Source: a virus. From it: a stretch of 64,000 nt of DNA. The notes under the pieces are model-generated. The model worked only from the letters and a program-made list of their open reading frames with translations, was not told where the DNA came from and searched no databases. Positions 8,928 through 20,400 of this stretch are shown piece by piece (position 1 is the first letter of the stretch; every line of letters starts with the position of its first letter). The stretch lies in the IMG/VR virus record IMGVR_UViG_3300033148_002122, positions 32,001 through 96,000 of that record; one strand, given 5' to 3'. The translations under genes were made by a program, and so were the position numbers.

Positions 8928-9362
8928 ATGAAAAAACTTCAGTTAAAAAGTCCTGACGCTATTGTTCGTGTTAAGAACAATATGACGGGAGAAAACACTT
9001 GTTTTAGTTATGTAAACCCAGAAGGAAAACAGTATCAGATCGAAGGTGGAAGAACCGGAGAGATGAGTTGGAAAGACTGGGTAAATCTTCAGCAGTATGA
9101 ACAGGCTAGAAAGTATCTATCGTTAGATCCCTCTACGTTTATGTCTGAAGATGGTGAGCTACTTCTTTACGGAGAAGACGCTAGTGAGATGCTTCCTCTT
9201 GAAAGCATTCATCAGATTCTAGCACTTCCAGAACAGAGTACTCTTGAATACCTTGGTGAGATGAGTGTTGGTAATTTAAAGCGAGTTAGAGAAATTGCTC
9301 AAGAGTATAATCATAATGAATATGTAGAGTTTATTAATAATAGATTATCTGAGATGGAGTAA
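8928..9362 (+). CDS. Hypothetical head-region protein
   Basis: GGAGG RBS, 144 aa, position between capsid and connector genes. Confidence 0.7.
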   Translation: MKKLQLKSPDAIVRVKNNMTGENTCFSYVNPEGKQYQIEGGRTGEMSWKDWVNLQQYEQARKYLSLDPSTFMSEDGELLLYGEDASEMLPLESIHQILALPEQSTLEYLGEMSVGNLKRVREIAQEYNHNEYVEFINNRLSEME

Positions 9363-9365
9363 ACA

Positions 9366-9848
9366 ATGGCTACTCAGCTAGACACACTAATTGACAGAAT
9401 AAGGATTATGATCGGTGACGCTAGTGATGATGTTAACGAACATCGTCATAGTGATATCTATTTAAAAAAGGTATTACGAGTAGCCATCGAACAAGATCAG
9501 GGGTTAGAGTCTGCTGGTTTGAGTGCTACAGTTTCTTCTCAAGGTAATTCATATAGTGAGTATGCCTTAAGCGGCTTAACGGATGCTGCACTATCTCTAT
9601 ATTCACTGGCGGCTACGCTGCTAGTTTTTGACTCAGAGCTAAGACAGTATATTGCTGATGGTGGTGGTATTGCAACTGCTATCGGACCAAACTCAGTTGA
9701 TGAAAAAACAGTTTTAAAATCAATGGCAGATTTACTAAAAGACACTAAAAAAGATTATGCCAGGGTACTAAACGAATACAAACTCGGAGCTAGTAATCTC
9801 CTTGTACCCTATAGAATTGACCTATACGCTAGTGGAAGAGTAGCCTAA
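9366..9848 (+). CDS. Head-tail adaptor/connector
   Basis: LIDRIRIMIGD...SDIYL pattern typical of helical adaptor proteins; synteny. Confidence 0.6.
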   Translation: MATQLDTLIDRIRIMIGDASDDVNEHRHSDIYLKKVLRVAIEQDQGLESAGLSATVSSQGNSYSEYALSGLTDAALSLYSLAATLLVFDSELRQYIADGGGIATAIGPNSVDEKTVLKSMADLLKDTKKDYARVLNEYKLGASNLLVPYRIDLYASGRVA

Positions 9849-10342
9849 TGGCTAGTGCTTCTGATAAACTAAGTTATAGAGTCAACAAGGCTTTCGAAAG
9901 ACACTTCTACAGAAGTGCTAGAGAAGTATTAATTTTTGGTGATCCAAACAAAGTTGATTGTCCCGATTGTATTTTTGCTGGTCCTCTGGGTGGTTCTGTT
10001 AGTGAATGTCAAACATGTAATGGAGAGGGCTATATTATTAGTGACTCATCTGTATGCATGTTAGGTATTGTTGCTTCTGCTGAACCCAGAAATAGTATTA
10101 ACAAGGGTGTTATAGAGCGTGATGCTGCTGGCACCTTTCACCACGAAGCGTACTATGTTGTTTTTAGACTCAAAGATGCAATAACTGATCCGATTGCTAA
10201 TCCTAATCGGACAATTTTTGAGTTGACCGGAGAACCAAAACTTGGTTGGAGTGGTCATAGGTATGACATAAAGTCATACGCCAGGGATGGTTTAGGCAGC
10301 GAGGATAACTATGTGAAAGTTTTGGTTTATAGGTCTGAATAA
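9848..10342 (+). CDS. Head-closure protein with zinc ribbon
   Basis: CPDC...CQTCNGEGY insert; TAATG coupling; synteny. Confidence 0.55.
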   Translation: MASASDKLSYRVNKAFERHFYRSAREVLIFGDPNKVDCPDCIFAGPLGGSVSECQTCNGEGYIISDSSVCMLGIVASAEPRNSINKGVIERDAAGTFHHEAYYVVFRLKDAITDPIANPNRTIFELTGEPKLGWSGHRYDIKSYARDGLGSEDNYVKVLVYRSE

Positions 10343-10351
10343 GGAGGAAAG

Positions 10352-10618
10352 ATGGTAGAGGTAAATAAAGAAGGAAAGGCTGTTATGCGAAGGGAGCCTA
10401 ACACTGAACGTGGAGCAGTTCATTTTATTTTTCATGGAGATGCTAGAGATAGTATTACTAAAGAAAGCAAAAGAGTAATTAGAGCTATTTTGACTGTACT
10501 TGAGGAACATACAAACTTTGAAACACTAGATGAGTTCCCAAAGAAACTTGTTAGATCAACTATTTTAGATAGCGTGAATAACTTGAAAAGGATCTCGATG
10601 ATGTATTTTAAGGAGTAA
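10352..10618 (+). CDS. Hypothetical protein
   Basis: AAGGAGG RBS, 88 aa. Confidence 0.7.
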   Translation: MVEVNKEGKAVMRREPNTERGAVHFIFHGDARDSITKESKRVIRAILTVLEEHTNFETLDEFPKKLVRSTILDSVNNLKRISMMYFKE

Positions 10619-10620
10619 TA

Positions 10621-11313
10621 ATGGTATCCTTTACTGTTGATGCCTCTGCTGTTATTAAAAACCTGAAAGCACAAGTTGCTGACTATAATTCTCGCACTGG
10701 TATTCTTAGTGTATATATTGTTATCGGGATGAATAAAGTCTATGACAGAGTTACTGAAGGTTTCAAAAAAGGCTTTAACGGACGAATGTTTCTTAATGCA
10801 AATGCTAATTACTTACCGACCCCTGCCCCTAGTCATGTGATAAGAAATGAAATAGATGCCAGTCTAAACTACGAAAAAGGAATGATGTATAGCCTTGGTG
10901 TAGTTGGAGGTGTTTATAGCTTTGGACTAGGTAATATACCAGACTTAGATGCTGCGACAGACGAGAGTATAATGTCTAGTATTAAGGCAGTAATGGGTGA
11001 AACACCGGAAGCTAGGCGATCATACGGACCAAGAGAGACAATTTCTCTATGGCGTGTAATAGAATTTGGTGCAGCACCAAGAGTATTCGGCCCAGTAAAT
11101 AAACCATTTTTAGTTTTTTATGATAAGATGTCAGGCTCTGCTGCTACTGCTAAGTCAGTGAGTCATCCAGGTCAATCTGGAAAGCACATATTTTTAACTA
11201 AGGGCCATAAGATTCGCCAGCAGGATATTGGAGCTATAATTAGTGCTATAAAAGAAGGAATTCATCAATCAAACTTAGCGTTTCATGGTAGAGCAATCAG
11301 GAGGATACATTAA
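10621..11313 (+). CDS. HK97 gp10-like neck/tail-completion protein
   Basis: VIEFGAAPRVFGPVNKPFLVF...AKSVSHPGQSGKHIF matches the EFG...V.HPG pattern. Confidence 0.65.
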   Translation: MVSFTVDASAVIKNLKAQVADYNSRTGILSVYIVIGMNKVYDRVTEGFKKGFNGRMFLNANANYLPTPAPSHVIRNEIDASLNYEKGMMYSLGVVGGVYSFGLGNIPDLDAATDESIMSSIKAVMGETPEARRSYGPRETISLWRVIEFGAAPRVFGPVNKPFLVFYDKMSGSAATAKSVSHPGQSGKHIFLTKGHKIRQQDIGAIISAIKEGIHQSNLAFHGRAIRRIH

Positions 11314-11891
11314 TGTATGATGGAAGTTCAGCATATCTGGGCACTATCAATCTAGCACTTGCTTCTGTTTACTACCATTTATTAGAAAAATTAGTTGAGG
11401 CTGGATTTCAGATAATTTACAGAAACGATACTGGCGTATTAGCAGATGTTAGTAACGTAAAACTAGCCTGGACAAACAACGAGGATGTTATAGTTCTTAA
11501 ATCCGACTACAAAGATACTTCATTTGAAGTTCCGTTACCTATAATTACTGTTGCTGATAACGGAGGTAATGTTTCTGCCTTTGAACTAGGTAATCAACAC
11601 GGTGCAAAAGCCCGTTCATACGTTATTATGATTATGGCAGAATCAGCTACACAGAGAAATCGTTATACAGATTTTATTGAAAATGTTTTCTCTGAAAGAG
11701 AATTAATTATAAAGGACTACAATTCAGGTGTTCCTACTAATCTTGAAGATAACAGTAGCATACCTATTTTTGGTTATGGAACTACAAATGCAGCTTTCGT
11801 TAGCAACCACGATGATCCGTTCGATGAAAATATCATGGACAGACATGTAGGTGTTATTTCGTTTACGCTTGAGATACTTCAAGCAGTCTAA
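11313..11891 (+). CDS. Tail terminator protein
   Basis: VPLPIITV, FELG, IMIMAESATQRNR pattern; directly upstream of the tail tube gene. Confidence 0.6.
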   Translation: MYDGSSAYLGTINLALASVYYHLLEKLVEAGFQIIYRNDTGVLADVSNVKLAWTNNEDVIVLKSDYKDTSFEVPLPIITVADNGGNVSAFELGNQHGAKARSYVIMIMAESATQRNRYTDFIENVFSERELIIKDYNSGVPTNLEDNSSIPIFGYGTTNAAFVSNHDDPFDENIMDRHVGVISFTLEILQAV

Positions 11892-11925
11892 TAATAATTA
11901 GGTTTTAGAAAAAGGAGGGACTGCT

Positions 11926-13320
11926 TTGCCACTTACGAAACCTAAACAGATTCAGCATACTCAGTCTGCTTTGGTTATAGATGATTTTATTACTCCGAGA
12001 GTAACTAGTCTTGGTTACTCTGCGGATTTGAATTCAGAAGAAATTGAAGAACTGGGTAATGCGAATATTGTTGAAATTCTTGATGATACTCCAACCATCT
12101 CAATCACTGTAGATGTGAATGATCATGGTTCTCTGGAGACTATCGCTACCTTGTCAAATTTAATTAGAAAACCCTATGGCAATACTGACTATCAGGCAGA
12201 TAGTACATACTGGGAAATTGATGCTACCGATTTTGAGGAGTCTGCTATTGACCTTCTTAATCCTGTAAAAACAACTTCTTCCCAGCAGTATTCTGTATGG
12301 TTGAACAACTGTCAGATTCAAAGTTTAAGTTCTACGTACTCTGTTGATGGGTTTGCTACGGAATCTATTTCCCTAGAAAACTCTGCTCAGTATGTATTTA
12401 TTAATGGATGGAAATACGCAAGAGTTCTTGTTCCGTCATTCATTTATAAAACTGGATCGCATTATGATACAACTACGGCATTTACTACTCATGTTCTGGC
12501 TGCTGATAATGCTCCTGACGCAACATTCCACTTTAACGATCTTGGTGAAACATTCGTTGGTCAGGCAGATTCTACTGCACTGTACTTAACCAAGAACGGT
12601 GTTATTCAGTCTTCTGTGTGGTCATGGGATACAACTGTGCTTGTTTCTCACGATCCAAGCCAGTTAACCTGGGATCCAGAGAGTGATCGACTACGAGTTG
12701 TTGTTATGTCTGAGAGTATTCAAACATTCGCTGGACCTACTGCTACTGGTCGTGCAGGACTACGTAAGGGTAATTCACGAATGTATTTCTGGGACGCTGG
12801 GGATGACGCACCTGGAAGTGCGTTCTTCACAGGACGAGAACCATCAGTTGGAGACAGCAATTATTCTAAGAGAATACAGTCTATTTCTATTGATGTTACC
12901 TGGAATAGAGATGAGCTTGAGCAACTAGGTGAGCATGAACCGTATGATCGTGGTGTTGAATCTACTGAGATTACAGCTACAGTCAGCGCAATTGGAACAG
13001 ATGTTGAGCTATTCGCAATTGCATCTGGATATACCAAAGACGGTACAGGCTGGGTTGATGATGATAATAATGAAATGAAACTAACTGATTTCCAGAATGC
13101 TACGAACCTTGCTGTTCGTATTGATATCTTCAATACAACTGACATTACTCTACACACTGACGCCAACAGAGCGAAGTATATTCTTCTAACTGGTGGTAAG
13201 GTAACTTCGTATGGTAACTCTGTTGATGTACCTGGAAGACAGACTACAGACTTGACTATTACTTTTAACGCAATTAGATGGTACGGAGACAAGATTATCG
13301 CTAATCGTTCTGCTGTCTAA
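11926..13320 (+). CDS. Major tail tube protein
   Basis: TTG start with AAGGAGG RBS; two related beta-sandwich halves (RVTSLGYS..EEIEELG / RIQSISID..DELEQLG); precedes chaperone and tape measure; two DST and two DTT. Confidence 0.75.
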   Translation: MPLTKPKQIQHTQSALVIDDFITPRVTSLGYSADLNSEEIEELGNANIVEILDDTPTISITVDVNDHGSLETIATLSNLIRKPYGNTDYQADSTYWEIDATDFEESAIDLLNPVKTTSSQQYSVWLNNCQIQSLSSTYSVDGFATESISLENSAQYVFINGWKYARVLVPSFIYKTGSHYDTTTAFTTHVLAADNAPDATFHFNDLGETFVGQADSTALYLTKNGVIQSSVWSWDTTVLVSHDPSQLTWDPESDRLRVVVMSESIQTFAGPTATGRAGLRKGNSRMYFWDAGDDAPGSAFFTGREPSVGDSNYSKRIQSISIDVTWNRDELEQLGEHEPYDRGVESTEITATVSAIGTDVELFAIASGYTKDGTGWVDDDNNEMKLTDFQNATNLAVRIDIFNTTDITLHTDANRAKYILLTGGKVTSYGNSVDVPGRQTTDLTITFNAIRWYGDKIIANRSAV

Positions 13321-13360
13321 TTATTCCTAAAAGTAGGAATATACAAGGAATAATACTTTT

Positions 13361-13412
13361 GGGGGGATCCTTCGTTTTTGATTGTCAAGAACGTATGGAC
13401 CCCCCATTTTTT
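13361..13412 (+). terminator. Intrinsic terminator after the tail tube gene
   Basis: Long stem GGGGGGATCC..CGTTTTTGA-TTG-TCAAGAACG..GGACCCCCC followed by ATTTTTT; a separate 8-bp inverted repeat TATTCCTA/TAGGAATA lies at 13322-13341. Confidence 0.7.
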
Positions 13413-13434
13413 ATATTGGAAATGGAGGCTGGGA

Positions 13435-14142
13435 ATGAGTGAAGAAAAGAATAAGGAGCAACTTCTACAGGAAGAAAGAGAAGACCAGGAAACTCTAGTT
13501 AATCTTGCTGCTACCTATCATGAACTAGACGTTGAGTCTGGTATAAAAGGAAGGACTAGTACTAAGGTAAAAATATATCGTCCGACTATGGCACACAGAG
13601 CAGAAGCAGATAGATTTGCTAAGGCTCAGTTTATTAAGTGTATACAGGACGGAATACCTACTAGACATCAGGCAATGAAGGTTTCTAGAGAGGCTGGATT
13701 ATGGAATTCTGATATGGAAGAACGTATGACAACAATATCTACTGATATAGAGTCCTATGTTGCTGACCAGAATGATACAGAAAACAAGGCAAAGAAAGAA
13801 CGTCTTAGAACAAAGATAAGAAAACTTAAGGCTGAACAGCTTGAACTAGCTAGTGTATTTACTGAAATTACTAGGAATACAATTGAGCAGGTTCAGGACG
13901 ATGCACAGCAGAGTATTCTTATCATAAGGAACGTGTTTACTTTTGGAAAGAAGAACGAAGAAGTTCTTCTGTATGACACAATGGACAAGCTTAATAGCGA
14001 AACAGATATTAAATTCATTGAACGTCTTACCAATGCGTGTTCAGCATTTTGGTTAGGAGACTCAGTGTCGGATTTTTTCGCGTTAGGCGAGTTGCTAGAA
14101 GACCAGACATCAGAGCAAGATACAGAATCGCCAAAAAGTTAG
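13435..14142 (+). CDS. Tail assembly chaperone (gpG analogue); start revised to ATG 13435
   Basis: GGAGG RBS before MSEEK; the listed upstream start lies inside the terminator; position between tail tube and tape measure. Confidence 0.8.
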   Translation: MSEEKNKEQLLQEEREDQETLVNLAATYHELDVESGIKGRTSTKVKIYRPTMAHRAEADRFAKAQFIKCIQDGIPTRHQAMKVSREAGLWNSDMEERMTTISTDIESYVADQNDTENKAKKERLRTKIRKLKAEQLELASVFTEITRNTIEQVQDDAQQSILIIRNVFTFGKKNEEVLLYDTMDKLNSETDIKFIERLTNACSAFWLGDSVSDFFALGELLEDQTSEQDTESPKS

Positions 14143-14420
14143 GAATTCCATTTTTTCCAGGTGTTGAGTCTGCTCTGGATCTAACACCACTACAAGTTAG
14201 TTTGCTAGAGTTTGTATCTGTGTATGAGTCTATTGATGAGATGGATCCAAGAGATCGTCCTGCAAGAGATACGATTGAGGACGATGATAAGTTTGATAAC
14301 TGGGCTAAGGATTTTGCCAAGCGAAAAGAAATTGAGATTAGGTATGGTACTCAAAGTAGTGCAGCCGATCACAGTAATGTAACTGTCTATGATGGTTTTG
14401 AAGATGATACTGAGGAGTAA
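14037..14420 (+). CDS. Frameshift extension of the tail chaperone (gpGT analogue)
   Basis: Open in the -1 frame, no convincing start of its own, ends 2 nt before the tape measure ATG. Confidence 0.75.
   Translation: MFSILVRRLSVGFFRVRRVARRPDIRARYRIAKKLGIPFFPGVESALDLTPLQVSLLEFVSVYESIDEMDPRDRPARDTIEDDDKFDNWAKDFAKRKEIEIRYGTQSSAADHSNVTVYDGFEDDTEE
14073..14079 (+). promoter_or_regulatory. Programmed -1 frameshift slippery heptamer T TTT TTC
   Basis: GAT TTT TTC in the chaperone frame; a -1 slip enters the ORF that ends at 14420. Confidence 0.8.
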
Positions 14421-14422
14421 TT

Positions 14423-17400
14423 ATGTCTGAACAAGCTAGTAGTTTTGTTATTGGCGCAGTATTTGATGCAGAAAGAGCCTTAATAAAACTTAATGAGTTT
14501 ATTACTGCTGTTAAGACCAAGGCAGCAGAGGCGTCTGTTGCTATTACCACATCCCTTGCGGGTGGTGGTAAGGCTGGTGAATTTGTTGATGCAGACTTAG
14601 TTAGAAATAATCTTAATAGAGTTGAAGAACTAACTAAAAGGTCGTTAAGCAAAGTTGGTAAGGACTACGAAAAGTCTAGTAAAACAAGTGGAACAGCCAT
14701 GTCTAGTGCTACTAAGGAGATGGAGAAATACGGAACTCAGATTGGAACCGTAGCAGGTAGGTTTGAGGGTATGCTACAAGCTTTGGCTGCCTATGCTGGT
14801 GCCCATAAAATAGTTATGCAGGGGCTACAGACACAGGTTACTGCCTATGCTGATGCTCTGGATGCCGTTTCAACTAAGTTTAATGTTCCTATTAAGGACT
14901 TAGTTGATGCCATGAAAGGCATGGGTAAAGCAGGTAAACAGACTGAAAAGGATATGGAAAAAGCAGGAGAGGCTGCTCAAGGCGCAGCAGATGCTGGTCA
15001 GAATTCTGCTTCTCAGCAAGAGCTTGTTAACAAAGCAATTAAAGAAGGTGTTGGCTTTCTTAATAGTAGAATTTCTAGTATGCACGAAGAAGCTCAGTTA
15101 ATTGATAGTGTTATTGAGGGTCAAAAAGTAAGAGCAAGCCAGATCAAAGGAGAACTAAAGAGTCTTAAAAAAACTAGTGAGTTAACTGAGTTAGAAAAAG
15201 AAGGTGTTGAGGGTATAGCTGGTGGTCAGGAAAAACTGAATACACTAACTGCCAGGAGAGAAAATCTTCTTAAGATGCTTTCTAATACTAACAAAAATAT
15301 TGAGAGTTCTTATGAAAGACAGGGTAAACTAAGCGCCGATGTTCACAAGAGTACCACAGGAATAGCCAAACAGGCATTGTTTGCTGCTGCGAATTTCGCA
15401 ACAGTTATTAAACGTGTTTTACTGTGGTCAACGGCTATTGGATTTATATTTGGAACAATACAGAAAATAAATCAAGCGTTTACTGAAAGTATTGATCTAC
15501 AGAACAAGATGGTTCAGATTGCAAAGATTAAACCCTTTGATTTTGACGTAGTACCACTTAGCAAAGCAGCATTGGATACAGCAGTTAGGTATGGAATTTC
15601 TGTTGGGGAAATTGCAGAAACTATGAGAGTGTTCGCCCAGCAGGGTAAAGACGTTAACGAAATTCTTGCTCTTATAGATACCGCCGCGCAAGGTGTTGTT
15701 GCTACTAATTTGACAATGAATAATAGTGTTCAGTTACTTACTGCGGCTATGAATATTTTTGGTAAAACTACTGATGAAGTTGGAATAGTTCTTGATAAGA
15801 TTCAGGCTGTTCAGTCTAGGTTTGCCATTACTGCCGAAGACTTAGCAGATGCTATGAAGTTGCTTGGTCCTATTATCAAAGTACTTGGTTCTGACATGGA
15901 CTTCTTACTCGGATCAGTAACTGCCGTTGCTGAAGCTACTCGTCAATCTGGTAAGTTTGTAGGCAACGCACTCAAGACAATCTTTGCCCGACTTCCTAAG
16001 AAGGATTCTGTATTCTTAATCAATAGTCTTGGCGTTGAGTTGTATAATCTTGAGGGAAACTTAAGACCTTTGCAGAAGATTATTGGAGACTTGGCTGCTC
16101 AGTGGGATACTTTAACAGGTGCTGCAAAACTTAATATTGCTGTAACCTTGGGTGGTATTCGTAGATACAATGTATTCATGACACTAATGGATAATTATCA
16201 GACCGTTGTTGAAGCATCAGCAACTAGTATGTCATCTTTTGGTGAGGTACAAAATGCTGTTCAAAAGGAATCCGAATCTTTTTCAAGAAGACTTAGTAAA
16301 GTAAAAGAACAGTTTAGAGCCTTGGGTATCGAGGCTACTCAGAATCTACTGCCTATATTAGTTGGTGTGGCAGAGTCATTTACACTTTTGGCTAAGAAAG
16401 AAGTTATATTTACCATTGCAACAATTGCTGCCGCAGCGGCTATGACTAGACTTATAAAAAGTGTTGCTGGGTTGGCTTCATTTTCCAACTTGTTGGCAGC
16501 CACTCAAATAAATATAAAAGTATTTGGTAGTGCTGCCGCTGTAGCTAGTGGGAGACTAGTGGCTATGGCTGGAAAATCAGTAATTGCTGCTTCTTCCATG
16601 ATTTTTCTTGGTAGATCAATTCAGGGAGCTAAGGTGGCCTTAATTGCTTTTGGTCGCGCAGCCGCTGTTTCTGCACCAGTATTAATTCTTGTTGGGGCAG
16701 CACTTACCGCTGTAGTTCTTACAATAAAGAAAATATCTTCAACTATGAGAGAGAACAAGTTACTAACTGATCAGATGACAGAGGCATACAGAAAATTTAC
16801 TACAGTTGGTCTTGACTTTAGTAAACTTGGTAACATTGAGGGCGTAGCTCTTGCTGGGTCGATGGGTCTAGCGTCTTTGGTTGCAAACCTAAAGGCAGCA
16901 GGAGTTGAAACGCAGTCTACTGGTGCCCTGCTAAACAAGCTACAAGCAACACTCTTGTTCTATGTTAAGGGGTTTTCTACTAAAGAAACTGTAAAGGAAT
17001 TACAGAAAGCACAAAAAGCAGCCATAAATACACAGCAAGGGTTTGAAAAATTCTTTACTAGCTTATACAGATCTGATTCTGACATAGGTTTATCACTCGG
17101 GAAAGGGCTTGGTAGATCGTTTAAAAAAGTTGGCATTGGTGCTGAAGAATTGAAAGGTATACTCCAAACGTCTATTAGTAAGGCTATGAATGAAGTTGAT
17201 ACCGATGAGCCTACTAAAACTTTCTTGGCAGCACTGTCTAAATCTATATTTATACGCGGAAACGAATTTGGAATTTCTATTCCATACTTATCTAACGTTA
17301 CTAAAGAACTTGGGTCTAGTATAGACGAGACTGGAAAAGTAACTAGAGTTGTTTCTGAGGCTATGGACAAGTACTACCAAAAAATAGGAGAAAATATTGC

Positions 17401-20400
17401 CCTTCAGGGTGATGCTAATAAGTCTATTATAGCAGGAATAAGAGTTCAGTTTAAACAAAAAGATGCTCTAAATGAAATTATAAAATCAGCAATTAAACAC
17501 GCTGACATTAATAAGGCAACAGATAAAACATACATAGGAAGAGTTAAACTCTTACAGAAGTATATATCTAATTTAGAGAGATTGTCTGGTGAAGAAGAGA
17601 GACATATTCTTAACAACGAAGAACTACAAATTTCGTTGTTGGCTATGAACGAAGAATATCAGCAACTTGGGGATACTCTTGATGACATAAAAAACAAACA
17701 TAAAACACAGGTTGATCTTGCAAAGTCTGTTGGTCTTGGGTATGACGAAGCCAAAGGGGCACTTGGTACTTATACTAAGACGGCAGAAACCTATATTACA
17801 ACTCTTAATAGTCTTACACTTACAGAGAAGAAACACGCAAGAGCCTTGGCCTTTGCCAAGAGACAGGAAATACTATTGAGAGGAAAGGGTGATATCTACG
17901 GCACTGATTTCCAAACTGAGTTAAGAGATAGTGAGGGTGCGCTGAAGGGTATGAGTGAATCGTTTGATGCCGCAGATCAGGCAAATGCTAGACTATACGC
18001 TTCAGCCGATGACCTTCAGTTTAAACTAAATCAACTTAGACAGGCATACCCACAGATAACAGCAGATACACTTGCGTTTTTGAGTTCTGTTGATGACCTA
18101 GCAGATTCATTAGAAAAAGCAGGTCAGGTTACATTTAATTATACTAATCAGTTTGTAGATATTAATAAAGAACTCAATGAATATGATATAAAGCTCAGAA
18201 GTGCTGTTGCTGGTATGGGACTTACTGCTAAGGGCTTCAACTCCATGGAACAACGTGGAAAAGTACTTCAATCAGTTCTTGGTAATTTATCTGGTTTCTT
18301 TACAGGTGTTGCTGCCGCAGAGGCTTCTGCCACAAAAGAAACAGCACTTCTTGAAGATAAAATAGGAGAAATAGAGGCAAGCTTAAAGACATTTGAATCT
18401 CAGCGTATATCTCCATTAGCATTCACAGCAGAAGAAATAGCGGAGGTTGATAATTATATAACAAGCATATCAAAAGCAGGTGACGAACTATCTAGGATTG
18501 AGGCAGACGGTATACTTCGTGATGCACTAAAACAGAGAGCAAAAGAGAAGCTAATAAAACTTGAAAAAGAGTTTAATACCTGGATTAAAACCAGTGTTGA
18601 TAACGCTGGTGAACTCTTTGCTATTGATGCAAAGATGTTGTTACAGAGGGAAATTCAACTAGACAAAGAACTTACTATTAGGTCTAAGCTAAACCAACTC
18701 TATGTTTCAGACATAAAGCAAATTGAGCTTACTAACAAACTATATGATAGTAGAAGAGATTCTATACTTTCTACTGGGCTTGCCGAAGCTGATTCCCTAA
18801 GAATTAAGAATGACATATATGGAGTAGAAAATCAAAATGCTGAGTTGGCTGCCTTGGAAATAAGTGATGCCAAACAAAAGTTATTACTAGACAATGAACG
18901 AAGTAGACTAGCTGATCTAAGAAGACTGAAAGAACAGGCTATTGTTGAGGTTTATAAGCTACAGAGAAAAGAACTAGACCTAGTTATTAAAAACCAAGAG
19001 TCTTACTTTAGTAAAGTTGGCGACTTACTTACCTCTCCTATTGAGAGAGCTATTAGCTTGTCCAATGACTTAGGATTTAAAATAAGTAGAACTATCAAAT
19101 TATTTGATGTACAAAAGAGAACTAATGAGGAATTACTTAAAACTCAGATAGCATACCTTGAAAGTAAGAAAACTGAAGACGATATTAATAACTCTGGCCT
19201 AGACAGAGATATTAGGGAACTTCAGTTAAAGCACGATATAGCGGCTATTCAGGAACAAATTAACAAGAATGTATCTATAGAGAATCTAAAAGTAGAAGAC
19301 CTTATTAAAAGTCTTGAGAAAGCTAATGAAACATATAGCGAGATTCGTGCAACAATACTGGCAACGGCATCTGACTTTGATAAACTTATCGAAGACGCTC
19401 ATGTGTTTACTGACCTGTTTGACGAGATAGGCAGAATATTTTACCGCAAGGGTGTAGAGAACATTTTTGACACAATGTTTGAAGCTCCAAATAACAAGTT
19501 GGCAGAAGCTCTTGAATCAGGTAAACTGGATATAAAACTAACTAGTATTATTGATCCTAGCGTTCTTGCTGAACTTGAGAGAAAGATTGGTGAGGCAATT
19601 CAGATTGATCGTGCTGCTGCAATTAAGTTCCAAGATAGTGTAGCAAGTGCAATACATAGTACTGAAGAAACTCTTGTTCAAACTATGGAAACTATAGGTC
19701 AATCGTATGTAAGCATATTAAGTGATATGATTTCTTCTGTTGATACCCAAGCTCTTATAGAGGCTATGGTTGTTATCCGTCAGTTAAGGGGTGAGCTTGA
19801 GAGAATAAAGTCAGACTTTAATCAGAGAACAGGTACTGAGCAAGCTGCTTCTGACACTAAGACTACGAGGTTACTAAGTGAGTTAACTGGGTATGCCGGG
19901 GGAGTCAAGAACTATGCTAACGCAATGAGATATCAAAATAAAAATATAGAGAATTTAACTGATGAACTTGCAGGAGATAGATCACTATCTGATATTATTA
20001 GTAGTGGACCAATTGATGTTAGCATCGTTGGGGCTACACCAGCCGCAGCCGCGATATTGCTTGGAGGTTTACCAGATGAACCTACTGGTGGTGATGACCC
20101 AGGAGAACCAGATTTAGGTAGAGATCTTGGTAAATCAGTTTTACGCTTACAATCTGGTATTTCACTATTATCTGTAGCCATGGGGTCTATAGCTGGTGTT
20201 AATACAGGTAGGGGAATAGCCTCTGGCGCTGGTATAGGAGGCAGTATTGCTTCACTGTTAGAACTCGGAACTTCTGGAACTAACGCATTATTAGGAATTG
20301 GTGCTATTGCCGGAATGTTCTACGGTATACAGAGAGACAAGGATGCACGTAGAAAAGAAGAAGAAGCGGAGAGGCATAGAGCAGAAGAGAGAAGAAAAGA

